Below, piece by piece: positions 18,563-28,405 of a stretch of DNA of 64,000 nucleotides. Within the stretch, counting starts at the first letter, position 1, and every line of letters starts with the position of its first letter. This stretch comes from a virus (taxonomy: Duplodnaviria > Heunggongvirae > Uroviricota > Caudoviricetes), in IMG/VR virus record IMGVR_UViG_3300013307_000015. The stretch is one strand, 5' to 3'. The notes below the pieces were generated by a model that was not told where the DNA came from, did no database searches, and saw nothing but the letters and a program-made list of their open reading frames with translations. Position numbers and translations under genes: made by a program.

Positions 18563-18588
18563 AGAGAGGAGTCTTCGGACTCCTCTCT
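18563..18588 (+). terminator. UUCG-loop hairpin followed by TCTATGACATCA variant box
   Basis: agagaggagtc-ttcg-gactcctctct. Confidence 0.45.
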
Positions 18589-18651
18589 ATGACATCATTT
18601 TATCAACCACCAGCATGGTTTGAGGATAAGAAGCAATTACGGAGATTCTAA

Positions 18652-19005
18652 ATGCTGGCACATGACGAACACATTAAGCAGTGGACGCAAGAGAAGTACC
18701 GAATTGCCTCTGTCGCGCTGGATGAGCCAGTGAGTCGGCCACCAGCCATGATGAAAGAAGGAGTCTATTACGATCTGATGGACTTCTGGATTGAACGCGC
18801 GCGTGTGCGGGCTTTGTTGTGGTCGCGTATGCGTGCGCAGAACTACGACGTCTACATGGCAAACCTGAAGATCGCAGAAAGCCTTGAGTATCGGCAAGGC
18901 GAACACGGTTTGCTCGATCGACTGGCGATGTCGCATTTCCAGCGAATCTGGTTCACCGAGAATAATCCCAACGACATGATGGAAAAAATGAGGGTGATTC
19001 AATGA
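18652..19005 (+). CDS. hypothetical protein
   Basis: RBS GGAGA. Confidence 0.5.
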   Translation: MLAHDEHIKQWTQEKYRIASVALDEPVSRPPAMMKEGVYYDLMDFWIERARVRALLWSRMRAQNYDVYMANLKIAESLEYRQGEHGLLDRLAMSHFQRIWFTENNPNDMMEKMRVIQ

Positions 19006-19532
19006 AGCATTACGAAATCAAGCCATACATGAATTACGCACGCAATCTGCAAGAAGGCAGCGTGCGCGAGAACGATAAAGGCATGATTCGCACCATTCTT
19101 GAGCGCAAGGGTTGGCTCAAGCGCAAGCTCGGCCTGTGCGTCATGTATCCGACGCTCACGGTTTCGAACCGCTACCCGAACCACGTGTTCTACTACGGTT
19201 ATGCTCGCACGTTTATGTCGCTGTGCAACAGCACCTCGGAAGAGTACATTCTGGGCGTGGCAGCGTACGACGAAGCGTCGGGACTCGTGTGGTTCTCGTA
19301 CCCGAAAGCTCGACATCACAATCTGTTGCACCTGATGGCTGAATACGGTTATTCGGAAGCACAGGTTGCCAATGTCAAGCAAGGCTTTCTGACAACGAAG
19401 GGCCGTTACGTCGATCGTGAGCAAGCTTTGGCTATTGCCAAAACAGCGAATCAGTTGATCAAGAAGACTGATCCGCCTCACAAACTCTTCTCGGAAGACC
19501 TCTTCACTGGTGGATTGACGCTCGTGAAGTAA
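19002..19532 (+). CDS. hypothetical protein
   Basis: ATGA overlap. Confidence 0.5.
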   Translation: MKHYEIKPYMNYARNLQEGSVRENDKGMIRTILERKGWLKRKLGLCVMYPTLTVSNRYPNHVFYYGYARTFMSLCNSTSEEYILGVAAYDEASGLVWFSYPKARHHNLLHLMAEYGYSEAQVANVKQGFLTTKGRYVDREQALAIAKTANQLIKKTDPPHKLFSEDLFTGGLTLVK

Positions 19533-19573
19533 CTCGGGTAATGGTGTGCACGTGACCTTTCTGAGAGAAAACG

Positions 19574-19900
19574 ATGAGCACACCTCCGACCACCATCAAC
19601 AACGAAACCCTTGACCAGATGTATCAGGACGCTTGTGCTGATACACGAGCAGTCTGGAAAGCCATTGACCAAGCACGGCGCAATGGCACACAAGTCTACG
19701 TCGAGATCCATCCGGATCGCGTAATCGTCCAAGGCTTGAAAGCGATGCAGCGCGTCTGGATTGACGCTCCCTCTGCGGTGGATTATTCGGGTTGGGTACC
19801 GTCCACCGTTCCGAGTGAAGGTGAAATCGACCCGGATAGCGGCGGTACACCGATGCAGGTGCATTTCGCTGAACCCAACCCCAACCAGCCTTCGTCTTAA
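19574..19900 (+). CDS. hypothetical protein
   Basis: RBS GAGAGAAAA. Confidence 0.45.
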   Translation: MSTPPTTINNETLDQMYQDACADTRAVWKAIDQARRNGTQVYVEIHPDRVIVQGLKAMQRVWIDAPSAVDYSGWVPSTVPSEGEIDPDSGGTPMQVHFAEPNPNQPSS

Positions 19901-19924
19901 TTTTTTGTCGACTTGGAGTATCAG

Positions 19925-20311
19925 ATGAGTGAAAGCCCCAACCTCAACAGTTCGGCTGTCCCCGCAGCACAGCGCGCCGGACTGCTCGATCCGAATGATC
20001 CGATGAAGTTCTCGGACAAAGCACTGCTCGACCCGCCGTCTTACGTGCGCAACTTCGCACATGCGGTCGCTGGCCATGAAGCACAAGTCATGCAAGAAGC
20101 GCAAGTGGCTACGGTATTCACCGACTCCAACCAAGTCTGGGACGTCGTGACGCAGCTGCTCAACCAAGCCGAAGCCGCTGGCTTCGAAGTCGACGTGTTC
20201 GAAGACGCCGGCCAGAAGCACTGTGTGCGTGTGGTGAAGTCTGGCGCAAAGCGTCTGGTGGTGCAGTCCTCCACTACCGGCCAGACGAACAAGCCCGCTA
20301 ATCCGGCGTAA
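19925..20311 (+). CDS. hypothetical protein
   Basis: RBS GGAG before ATG 19925. Confidence 0.45.
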   Translation: MSESPNLNSSAVPAAQRAGLLDPNDPMKFSDKALLDPPSYVRNFAHAVAGHEAQVMQEAQVATVFTDSNQVWDVVTQLLNQAEAAGFEVDVFEDAGQKHCVRVVKSGAKRLVVQSSTTGQTNKPANPA

Positions 20312-20365
20312 TGATACCCGTACTCTCGAACTACGTGCAAACCCTCGTGCGTACGTAGCTTTTTG

Positions 20366-20395
20366 GAAGGGGACTTCGGTCCCCTTCTTTTTTTG
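20366..20395 (+). terminator. rho-independent terminator (UUCG loop + T7)
   Basis: gaaggggac-ttcg-gtccccttc TTTTTTT. Confidence 0.7.
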
Positions 20396-20419
20396 TCGAC
20401 AACCAGGAAAAGGAAAGAA

Positions 20420-20743
20420 ATGAACGGTCAACCCCTTCGCTCGGCAGCAAAGGAAGCAATCGAAAAAGAACTTCAAAACCTGAAGCGTCAAGCCATGTTG
20501 GCTGGTTTTCGTATCGACGGTTTCCTGATCGATCCGGTCGAAGATGCCGTGGCTGAGGAATCGATGTTGGTTGACGCGCGTCAGATTCTGGAAGACACGT
20601 TTCGCGACAACGTCGAGATGGCAGACATGCTCGGCTACAACGTGCGCGTGGACCGCATCATCAACCCGTTGGATACGCACAAGCCGAAGATCGAAGTCGT
20701 GATCTGGGGTAAGCGTAACAGTGATGGCGGTTACGATGATTAA
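20420..20743 (+). CDS. hypothetical protein
   Basis: RBS AGGAAAAGGAAAG. Confidence 0.5.
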   Translation: MNGQPLRSAAKEAIEKELQNLKRQAMLAGFRIDGFLIDPVEDAVAEESMLVDARQILEDTFRDNVEMADMLGYNVRVDRIINPLDTHKPKIEVVIWGKRNSDGGYDD

Positions 20744-21110
20744 GATTCGGGATTTCCAGCGGCGTGTACTGGAATGGTTCGAAGCTTGCTTCAGCGCGCA
20801 GATGGCGAAAAAGAGAAAGCGTCGGCTTTACGCCTTCTTCGAGGAAGCCAACGAACTGATCCAATCCGGTGGCATGACGCGTGAAGAAGCGCATGCGATG
20901 GTTGACCATGTGTTCAACCGTGAACCGGGTGAATTCTCGCAAGAAGTCGCCGGAGTATTCACGACGCTGTGCATGGTGGCGAATTCCCACGACATCGATC
21001 TCGAAGACGCCGGCGAGAAGGAACTCGCTCGGATATGGGAAGCTATTCCCATCATTCAAGCCAAGCAGGCGCAGAAGCTGCGACCAAATGACGAGGGTGA
21101 AGATGGTTGA
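20736..21110 (+). CDS. MazG-like nucleoside triphosphate pyrophosphohydrolase (all-alpha NTP-PPase)
   Basis: FFEEANELIQ...EEAHAMVDHVF...EVAGVFTTLCMVANSHDIDLEDAGEKELARI matches the MazG EExxE/D motifs. Start could also be GTG 20721. Confidence 0.5.
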   Translation: MIKIRDFQRRVLEWFEACFSAQMAKKRKRRLYAFFEEANELIQSGGMTREEAHAMVDHVFNREPGEFSQEVAGVFTTLCMVANSHDIDLEDAGEKELARIWEAIPIIQAKQAQKLRPNDEGEDG

Positions 21111-21327
21111 ACTCATTCAAGCGGAATTGCAAGTCGATGGCCGTGAAGGCATGCGGTGTTACTGTGTGTCGCTTCGCTGGAGCAGCGGCGTCAGTCACTC
21201 CATGGTGATCTTCGAAAGTGAGTTTCCCAAAAAGGCGAAACAGATTCAAGACATCATGGATGCAACAAAAGACATGACGGTGTCGCAGAGGTTGAAGTAC
21301 ATCGGAGAACGAATCAATAACGCATAA
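21103..21327 (+). CDS. hypothetical protein (74 aa)
   Basis: RBS GAGGGTGAAG. Confidence 0.4.
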   Translation: MVELIQAELQVDGREGMRCYCVSLRWSSGVSHSMVIFESEFPKKAKQIQDIMDATKDMTVSQRLKYIGERINNA

Positions 21328-21336
21328 GGGGTTCAC

Positions 21337-21591
21337 ATGTGCGAACCGAAATTGCTGTTTTGTGGTAGCCGTACCGCAATCGGGGACTGTGGTGTCGAGG
21401 AGATTCACATCGAGTGCCGTTTTGCAGACGGTCAGAAACGTGCAGCTGTCAAAGTCGATGGCGAGTTCCCCGAACTCGCAACGATGATCGCCAAGTTCCT
21501 GAACGGCACTACTGGTATCCCGAACGATACCGCTCGCCGTCTTTTCAATCAAATCGATACACGGAGCGATAATGACAACATTACCCGTTGA
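21337..21591 (+). CDS. hypothetical protein
   Basis: RBS AGGGG. Confidence 0.4.
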   Translation: MCEPKLLFCGSRTAIGDCGVEEIHIECRFADGQKRAAVKVDGEFPELATMIAKFLNGTTGIPNDTARRLFNQIDTRSDNDNITR

Positions 21592-21961
21592 AAACTATTC
21601 CCCGGAACGCGGAATCATGGAAGGTTTCAAGAAGATGAACTACGCGGTGATCGATCACGACACCAAGCAGACTGCCTACCCGGCGTGGCAGTTCGTCGAT
21701 CCGGCACCCGAAGTGCTGCCGGAGGTCATGAAGCTCTTCCTCGTCAATGAAGCTATTCACGGGAGAATGCACGGGTTTCTCGTGACGAGCGAAGACAGCC
21801 TGAACGAATTGGCTCCGGCTGAAGTCTTGGTCGGCAAGACCTTCCCCAAGAGCGAACCGCTGCATTCCTCGCAACTGCGCATCCTCAACCTGCCGCAGGA
21901 GGAACGCCTGCGTCGGGTGCTGGAAGCCGCCGAGGACTTCATCGCCGAAATCACCCAATAA
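21572..21961 (+). CDS. hypothetical protein
   Basis: RBS ACGGAG. Confidence 0.45.
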   Translation: MTTLPVENYSPERGIMEGFKKMNYAVIDHDTKQTAYPAWQFVDPAPEVLPEVMKLFLVNEAIHGRMHGFLVTSEDSLNELAPAEVLVGKTFPKSEPLHSSQLRILNLPQEERLRRVLEAAEDFIAEITQ

Positions 21962-21971
21962 GGAGAATGCC

Positions 21972-22535
21972 ATGCGGGTAATCGGAAACGTGACTGCGTA
22001 TTACTCGAAAGATGATTACCCCAGTCATCACTACCTCTGTAACTTCCGAGTGAAGAACGTAGACTTCACCTCGATGGAACAGATGATGATGTTCAGCAAG
22101 GCGATGCTCTTTGGTGACAAAGAGGCCGCTCACGAGATCATGTCCACGCAGAACTGTCAAGCGCAGAAGATGATTGGACGGCGTGTCAAAGGTCTTAGGG
22201 GCGGGAAGTGGGACGACGAAGACAGGAAACTCTGGGACGAGAAGTGTGACCAGATTGTCTTCATCGGTAATCGCGAGAAGTATCGCCAGAATCGTGTTCT
22301 CTTATCGTTGCTTTTGTTGACAGGTGACACGATTCTGGTTGAAGCGTCTGTACGCGATCCGATCTGGGGCTGTGGCTTGGATGAGCGAGACGATCGCATC
22401 GCTGATCCGAAGAATTGGACCGGTCAGAATAGACACGGTCAGGTTCAGATGCGGGTAAGGCAATACTTCAAGGAACATCCGGAGGCAAAGAAGTCGGCCG
22501 ATAATGCTGTGCTCTTTAACTTCGATAAGGACTAG
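21972..22535 (+). CDS. NADAR (YbiA-like, DUF1768) domain protein
   Basis: YYSKDDYPSHHYLCNF, FTSMEQMMMFSKAML and LLLTGDTILVEASVRDPIWGCG match the NADAR signature blocks. Confidence 0.65.
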   Translation: MRVIGNVTAYYSKDDYPSHHYLCNFRVKNVDFTSMEQMMMFSKAMLFGDKEAAHEIMSTQNCQAQKMIGRRVKGLRGGKWDDEDRKLWDEKCDQIVFIGNREKYRQNRVLLSLLLLTGDTILVEASVRDPIWGCGLDERDDRIADPKNWTGQNRHGQVQMRVRQYFKEHPEAKKSADNAVLFNFDKD

Positions 22536-22537
22536 AA

Positions 22538-23050
22538 GTGGAACCTTGCAGCTGCGGTTTTGTGAACTATCCGGGGGCTTGCTACTGTGGTAAGTGTGGC
22601 AGACCTTTTGTGGAAAAGCCTCAACGGTTTTACTGTCGGCAATGCGCGTGTGAGCGTAAGCAGAAGGTCTGTCAGAAGTGCGGCGGTGAGTGCTTCACGC
22701 CTACGCATGACTGGGAAGAACCGAGGTTGCCTGACATCGACAAGATTCGCGCGCTTGCCAAAGAGATCGGCTACGCTATTGGCGTTCATGGCACGCTTGA
22801 GCGAGACTTGGATGTGATTGCGGCTCCGTGGACCGAAGAAGCACTCAAGTACAACTGGCGAGAAGTGATGGACTACATCGCCAAGGGAATGAACGGTCGG
22901 GTAGTAGAGACTAGCTGGAAGCCTTTTGGCAGACGAGCGTGCACGATTCTCGTCGACGGCTGGTACAAGGACATCGACTTGTCGGTGTGCCCGATTCTTA
23001 TTCAGAAAGGAATAGAAGAAGATGAAACATCTGGTGGTGTATCACAATAG
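22538..23050 (+). CDS. zinc-ribbon protein (Cys-rich N-terminus)
   Basis: GTG start; CSCG..CYCGKCG..CRQCAC..CQKCGGEC. Confidence 0.45.
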   Translation: MEPCSCGFVNYPGACYCGKCGRPFVEKPQRFYCRQCACERKQKVCQKCGGECFTPTHDWEEPRLPDIDKIRALAKEIGYAIGVHGTLERDLDVIAAPWTEEALKYNWREVMDYIAKGMNGRVVETSWKPFGRRACTILVDGWYKDIDLSVCPILIQKGIEEDETSGGVSQ

Positions 23051-23987
23051 CTGCATGGACGGCTTCGTGTCAGCATGGATTGTTTATCATTCGCTGATTC
23101 GTCGGGGAGTTGTGGAGGACGACATCGATTTCCTCGGTTCGGATTATAACGATCCGATTCCGGACATGACGGGTAAGAACGTCTACATCGTCGACTTCTC
23201 GTGGTACGACGTCGAAGGGCTGCTTAAGGAAGTCGCGAAAGCCATCGAAGTGAAGATGCTCGACCACCACAAGGAAACGTACAAGGTCTGGAAGGATGTG
23301 GTACTTCCGGGCAACATGACGTACGTGTTCGAGTTGCCGAAGTCAGGCGTGGGAGTGGTGTGGGATTATTTCCATCCGATCATCAAGCCTGTAATGCCGC
23401 CGCTTCTGGCACACATTCAGGATCGTGATCTGTGGAAATTCAACATCCAAGGATCGCGTCAGGTGCATGCTTTCTTGAAGTCCAAAGGCTTCTTGCTGCG
23501 TGAACCGAATCGTGAGCTTTTTTTGAACAAGCTCAAAGAGTTTGGTGCGCAATACGCTTGGCTTTCTGCTGATGCGCTGAAACCGATTTACACAATCGGT
23601 GAGTCCATCATGCAGGCAGAGCTTGTGCTGATCGAGTCGATTCTGGAGCGCAACATGGCCATGGCAGAGTTCACCTGCTATGGTCTGAAAGACGACGATT
23701 CGGGCGACATGGAGCCCAAGCAACGCTACGCCATCCCGGTGGCGGAAATGCCGTATGAACTCGCCTCCGAAGCGGGTAACCTCATGGCGCACAACGCGCC
23801 CTTCTCGATCACCTACGAGACGGAATGGGCACTGGGTAAGCGCAAGTTCTCGATTCGTAGTCGTAAAGGCTACGGAGTCGATGTCGGTGAGATTGCCAGA
23901 GCCATGGGCGGTGGCGGGCATGAAAACTCGGCTGGCTGGTACGGTTCGATCTGGCTGGACTTTCCGTTCCGTATTACCCGCAAGTGA
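23022..23987 (+). CDS. DHH/DHHA1 family phosphoesterase (NrnA/RecJ-like nanoRNase)
   Basis: HNSCMDG (motif I), IVDFSW (II), LDHHKE (III), GGGGHENSAGW (DHHA1 GGGH). Confidence 0.75.
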   Translation: MKHLVVYHNSCMDGFVSAWIVYHSLIRRGVVEDDIDFLGSDYNDPIPDMTGKNVYIVDFSWYDVEGLLKEVAKAIEVKMLDHHKETYKVWKDVVLPGNMTYVFELPKSGVGVVWDYFHPIIKPVMPPLLAHIQDRDLWKFNIQGSRQVHAFLKSKGFLLREPNRELFLNKLKEFGAQYAWLSADALKPIYTIGESIMQAELVLIESILERNMAMAEFTCYGLKDDDSGDMEPKQRYAIPVAEMPYELASEAGNLMAHNAPFSITYETEWALGKRKFSIRSRKGYGVDVGEIARAMGGGGHENSAGWYGSIWLDFPFRITRK

Positions 23988-23991
23988 GCAC

Positions 23992-24023
23992 GAGGAGGCT
24001 TCGGCCTCCTCTTTATGCCGTCA
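23992..24023 (+). terminator. UUCG hairpin + TTTATGCCGTCA box (second TTTATGACC copy 27 bp later)
   Basis: gaggaggc-ttcg-gcctcctc. Confidence 0.5.
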
Positions 24024-24064
24024 AGAGCTTGGCCATTTTATGACCAATTTAACCGGGACTCACC

Positions 24065-26959
24065 ATGACCAGTATTACTGATCAGACCGCTTTGATGGTC
24101 GCAGCCATCGAGGGGTTTAAGACTGTTCTGCCCGGTGCGCTTGCGGCTAAGGCTCAAGAAGCAGAACAAGCAGATGCGACCAATGAACTGCAAGGTCAAG
24201 ACTTTCCGACCCTTTCCACCAGCCTGGATGCAGACCTCACCTCGCACGTCAATAACCACAACAACCCGCACGGGGATACGGCTGATGCAGTCGGCACATA
24301 TCGCACGACCGACGTCGATACGAAAGTAAAGGGGATTATCCCCAGTGCGAGCTTGCCGCTGTCGCGCTACGGCTCGCTCAGCTATTTGCCGCCCGGTGTG
24401 TCAGGTTCATTCGAAGGCGCGACGATGAATTTCGAATCGCGTCGTTACCCCGGTATTCTGGAAAACGACGGTACGTTCGTCTTTTTGCGCAACGGCACCA
24501 CTGGTTCGGTCATGGGCGTGTATTACGCTTACGTGAAAAACGCATCGACCGGTACACTGGCAACTCCGACTCGTACCAACGCGCGATACCAGCCAGCGTA
24601 CTTTCCGGCTAACACGACAGCGCGATATGTTTTCAAGTCAGATGGCAACTGTATTCTGGGTCGTTTGCAAACTTCCGCAGGCGTGCTGAGTGATTACTTC
24701 ATCTCGCTGACCAGCGGTACGTTTGATGCCACCAAGCATGTCGGTGCAATCATTCCGGCTGCAAGTTTTCCGGCGCTGGCGAGTGGCTCGGTCAACATCG
24801 AAGCGTTCGTCGGAAACAGTAATCTGTATCTCGTAGTCACTGCTGATCCGACCAACAACGCCAATCCGGTGGATTTCCAGCTGTGGTCGATTCCGTTGTC
24901 TAGCATTCAGACAGCCAATGGCGGGAATGTTTCGCCCACACAAATCACGGGTTGGACGACAACGGGTTTTGGTGGAACTTTCTCCGCTACGACAAATATC
25001 CGAGTGGCGAATAAGTTCGCATCGTCGACAGCTTTTGATCTGCCGATTGTTGTCTACGATACGACCACGTCTGCTGGTTTCGATTTGTTCGTGGATAACG
25101 ATAACGACGTCAACACAGATTCGGCTCAAGACCCGTCTACGGGAAATATCCGAATCCGTGTAACGGGGTCTTCGTTTAGCAACACGTACAGCTCGGGCAA
25201 CACGCGCGTAGTTCCGATTGCTTTCTGGATCAATGTCAATCCGTCGGCTAAGACGGCAACATTGGAAGGTCCTGCAACCACACCGGGTGCTGTGACGTAT
25301 AGCGGCACCACTCAGGCGTATGAATTCAGCGGCGGAATGTTCCCCGGCACTGCAACTGGTTATCTCCCTGGTAATTATCAAGGAGGCGGTCCTACCTGGG
25401 TGTGGGCACCAAGTGGTTATTGGTTCGGTATCCGGGATTCCGATCCGCCTGATTATGGCGCGAATGTTTATCGCGCTACGACCAATGCACTGTACGCGAA
25501 TCGTTACGCAGCGTTGGCACCTTCGGCTGGTGTGAATTCCAATACGAACTCGGGCTTTACGCCGATGTACGGTTCGGCATTGGGTGGTCGGATGCTGGGG
25601 ACATGGCCTCTGCCAGGCGGGTACATGATGGCAGCCAGTTATGGCCCGAAGCAAGACGGGACGTATGAGTGGGGGCCGGTCCTCATTCAACCGGGTGCTT
25701 CGGGATATACGTACCAATCGCAATACAACGGTACGCTGTCGGGCTTTGCACCATCGATCCTGCGCACTCGTGTGACAGACATGGGACTGAGCATCGATAC
25801 TTTTACGGCATTGGTGTCTGAGATCTCGGCAGCTGGTGCAGTGACGACGAGTGGTGGTCGCTTCTTAGATGGTTATAACACCGTGGGTCCGGTGTCGGTC
25901 ACAGTGTCAGGGAACGTTCTGCAATCCTCCGGTGCAGTTGTGATGCCGACCTCGGTACCCGCTAACTTGAAGGCCGCTGCATGGTCTTTGCTTGGCGTCG
26001 CTACTCCTCCCGCGTCGAACATCGAGATTATCATCCCGCAGAACACGGCGATTCCTCCCTTCGGTTTGTTGACTTGGACGGACTCAAGCAAGAGACTTTG
26101 GGTGTGCTTGCTGGAACTCTCGATCACGAGCGGTTCGCGTACTGGTACGATCAACTCGATGAGTATCATATCGAACTCGTCTGCTCAGCAGACCAACACG
26201 GGTACGACCATTCAGCCTGTGAATGCATCGATCCTCTACACGGGGGGTTCCTGCTGTATTTACGAAGGCAGTGATGCGTACTTCGTCGGGTTCCTTTCGA
26301 AGGTATACCTCATCATTCCGGGTACGGGTGCTACGCACAACATCCGTTTCGCTATTCCGAAATCGACTAATCGTCCTGACTGGTCGACACGGAATGTCCA
26401 AGTTCAAGGTGGCTCGTATAGCACCTCACACTACACGGGCTACCCAGGATTGGGGTTTGGTGAAACGGATCAGAATCCGACCAGTTCGGATAACTACACC
26501 AAAATCATCCTGAGGGCAAAGTGCACGACGCTCGCGCAGTACAACGCGTGGTCAACGATCGGGACGACGGTGTTGACTTCGCAGGATGTGGCGCAAGGTT
26601 GGCTCGTTTATTTCACTGACATCACGCCGGTGATCTTGAATGGCCAGTACTTGCAAATCCAACCTGCAACGTTCAATCTGACCAGCACCAAGACCAATCC
26701 CGCCAACAGCACGTTCTACGTGTATGTGACGGTGAATAACGGCGTGGCGTCGTACGTAATTAGCGCAACCGCTCAGGCAGAAACCGCGAACAATATGTTT
26801 ATCGGGACAATTGTCACAGGCGCAACGTCGATCACGTCGATCAACATGCAGAAGGTCAGTCGCATTGATAAGTATCGTCTGTCGACGACCTCCCAAGGTT
26901 CAGCTATCTCCGTGAGTTCGGGCACACCGAATGCGGCGGGTCATCTGAACTGGACTTGA
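24065..26959 (+). CDS. tail fibre protein (964 aa)
   Basis: N-terminal HVNNHNNPHGDTADAVGTY fibre motif; Ser/Thr/Gly-rich beta repeats. Confidence 0.7.
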   Translation: MTSITDQTALMVAAIEGFKTVLPGALAAKAQEAEQADATNELQGQDFPTLSTSLDADLTSHVNNHNNPHGDTADAVGTYRTTDVDTKVKGIIPSASLPLSRYGSLSYLPPGVSGSFEGATMNFESRRYPGILENDGTFVFLRNGTTGSVMGVYYAYVKNASTGTLATPTRTNARYQPAYFPANTTARYVFKSDGNCILGRLQTSAGVLSDYFISLTSGTFDATKHVGAIIPAASFPALASGSVNIEAFVGNSNLYLVVTADPTNNANPVDFQLWSIPLSSIQTANGGNVSPTQITGWTTTGFGGTFSATTNIRVANKFASSTAFDLPIVVYDTTTSAGFDLFVDNDNDVNTDSAQDPSTGNIRIRVTGSSFSNTYSSGNTRVVPIAFWINVNPSAKTATLEGPATTPGAVTYSGTTQAYEFSGGMFPGTATGYLPGNYQGGGPTWVWAPSGYWFGIRDSDPPDYGANVYRATTNALYANRYAALAPSAGVNSNTNSGFTPMYGSALGGRMLGTWPLPGGYMMAASYGPKQDGTYEWGPVLIQPGASGYTYQSQYNGTLSGFAPSILRTRVTDMGLSIDTFTALVSEISAAGAVTTSGGRFLDGYNTVGPVSVTVSGNVLQSSGAVVMPTSVPANLKAAAWSLLGVATPPASNIEIIIPQNTAIPPFGLLTWTDSSKRLWVCLLELSITSGSRTGTINSMSIISNSSAQQTNTGTTIQPVNASILYTGGSCCIYEGSDAYFVGFLSKVYLIIPGTGATHNIRFAIPKSTNRPDWSTRNVQVQGGSYSTSHYTGYPGLGFGETDQNPTSSDNYTKIILRAKCTTLAQYNAWSTIGTTVLTSQDVAQGWLVYFTDITPVILNGQYLQIQPATFNLTSTKTNPANSTFYVYVTVNNGVASYVISATAQAETANNMFIGTIVTGATSITSINMQKVSRIDKYRLSTTSQGSAISVSSGTPNAAGHLNWT

Positions 26960-26982
26960 TTCTTTTTCTGACAAGGTGGTTT

Positions 26983-27693
26983 ATGTCATCGATTTCTGAT
27001 GCAGTCAGTGCGCTGAACACCTCGCTCAATGCGATGGTTCCCGCGCTGGCCAATGCAGTGAACCGCAAAGTCGCACAGGCGGCCTTAGCTGACAATGCCT
27101 TGGCATTGAATGGTCAAAGCGCCACCCAGATGATCTCGACTGCGGCGGCTCACACCGACGCTCACGCAGCGCTCACGAACAACCCTCACCAAGTCACGTA
27201 CGATGAAGTGGGGGCCTATTCGAAAGCATCGATCGATTCGTTGATCGCGTCTTTGATTCCGTCTGGTATCTTGCCGCTCAGCACGTTCGGCAAGGTCGAC
27301 GGTTCTGCCATTCCGGTGTCGGTTACGGTCAACGGCAACACGTGCAGTGTGTCGTTCTCAGCGAACATCCCCGCCATCATGGCAGGGCAGGCGTTCTCGC
27401 TCCCGGCACAGGTGCTGAACTACCCGTCGCCGAATGTGACGATGCTCATCTACCTGCAACTGATAGGGGGTGTGCCGTCGTACATGTATTCGACTGTGGC
27501 TCAGCCGGAAACCTCGACCATGATGTATCTGGGTACGGTGACAACCAATGGTTCGGGTCAAGTGGTGCAAAACACCATCGGGCACGTGGTGCGTATCGAC
27601 AATTACCGGATCTCCACGCTTTCCGCAGGTGGTGCGATTCCGGTCTCGGGGGGAACTCCCGATCAGACAGGGCAACACCTGCTCTGGCAATAA
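26983..27693 (+). CDS. tail fibre protein (short)
   Basis: RBS AAGGTGG; HAALTNNPHQVTYDEVGAY fibre motif. Confidence 0.6.
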   Translation: MSSISDAVSALNTSLNAMVPALANAVNRKVAQAALADNALALNGQSATQMISTAAAHTDAHAALTNNPHQVTYDEVGAYSKASIDSLIASLIPSGILPLSTFGKVDGSAIPVSVTVNGNTCSVSFSANIPAIMAGQAFSLPAQVLNYPSPNVTMLIYLQLIGGVPSYMYSTVAQPETSTMMYLGTVTTNGSGQVVQNTIGHVVRIDNYRISTLSAGGAIPVSGGTPDQTGQHLLWQ

Positions 27694-27705
27694 CAGGGAG
27701 GAATA

Positions 27706-28272
27706 ATGACAGCGATCTCAGATCAAGCCGCATTGTTAGTGCAAGCAATTGACGGGTTGGGGCCGGCCATTAAAAACCGACCCATCAACCAACCTGCCAT
27801 GAAGATTGAGCTAGGTAATAGCGCTCAAGCCAATGGCGGAAGAGGTATCGATAAGGGTTCGTATTTTCAAGTCGATATGTCGATTGGTCAGACACTGCTT
27901 AACGGTTTGACAGCAACAAACAACGCCGACGGAACGGTGACGTTGCCGGCTGGACATTACGAGGTAACAGGCACGATTAAAATCGTGGCAAATCCGGCTG
28001 GTCAATTTGATCTGCCGCCTCAGTTGACGCTGGCTACCGGGAATTCACCTTACTCGTTCCCTGGTGTCTATCAGACGGACGTTCAGTATCTCCCGCAAGC
28101 TAAAATCAGTTCGACGACGTCGGGTTCCAGTTTTGGGACCATGGCAATCTCCGGCATCATTGATTTGGCGGCGACTGACAGTCTCTGGTTGAGATTTTCG
28201 AAGATCGCAGACGCAGGAAATGCAGCGAATTTCCTTTCACTCCAAGGCTATCTGAATTACATCAAGCTCTGA
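27706..28272 (+). CDS. tail fibre-associated protein (N-terminus homologous to the 964-aa fibre)
   Basis: RBS GGGAGGAA; MTAISDQAALLVQAIDGL resembles MTSITDQTALMVAAIEGF. Confidence 0.55.
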   Translation: MTAISDQAALLVQAIDGLGPAIKNRPINQPAMKIELGNSAQANGGRGIDKGSYFQVDMSIGQTLLNGLTATNNADGTVTLPAGHYEVTGTIKIVANPAGQFDLPPQLTLATGNSPYSFPGVYQTDVQYLPQAKISSTTSGSSFGTMAISGIIDLAATDSLWLRFSKIADAGNAANFLSLQGYLNYIKL

Positions 28273-28356
28273 TTTGCTGGTTCTAAAAAACTACTGACAC
28301 AGAGCATGCTGTAGTGAGGTAAGAGCCCGTGAGACAGAGGAACACACGACGCTTTC

Positions 28357-28383
28357 AGCCCTCCCTTCGGGGAGGGCTTTTTA
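28357..28383 (+). terminator. UUCG hairpin + T-run, followed by TTTTTATTCCC box
   Basis: agccctcc-cttcg-gggagggct TTTTT. Confidence 0.6.
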
Positions 28384-28405
28384 TTCCCTAATAACGAGAA
28401 GCACC

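Noticed and set aside
19478-20680. 400-aa - strand ORF
   Set aside because: Spans four well-supported + genes and a terminator; composition Arg/His/Cys-rich; spurious.
24638-25723. 361-aa - strand ORF inside the tail-fibre gene
   Set aside because: Antisense artefact of the Gly/Ser/Thr-rich fibre coding strand.
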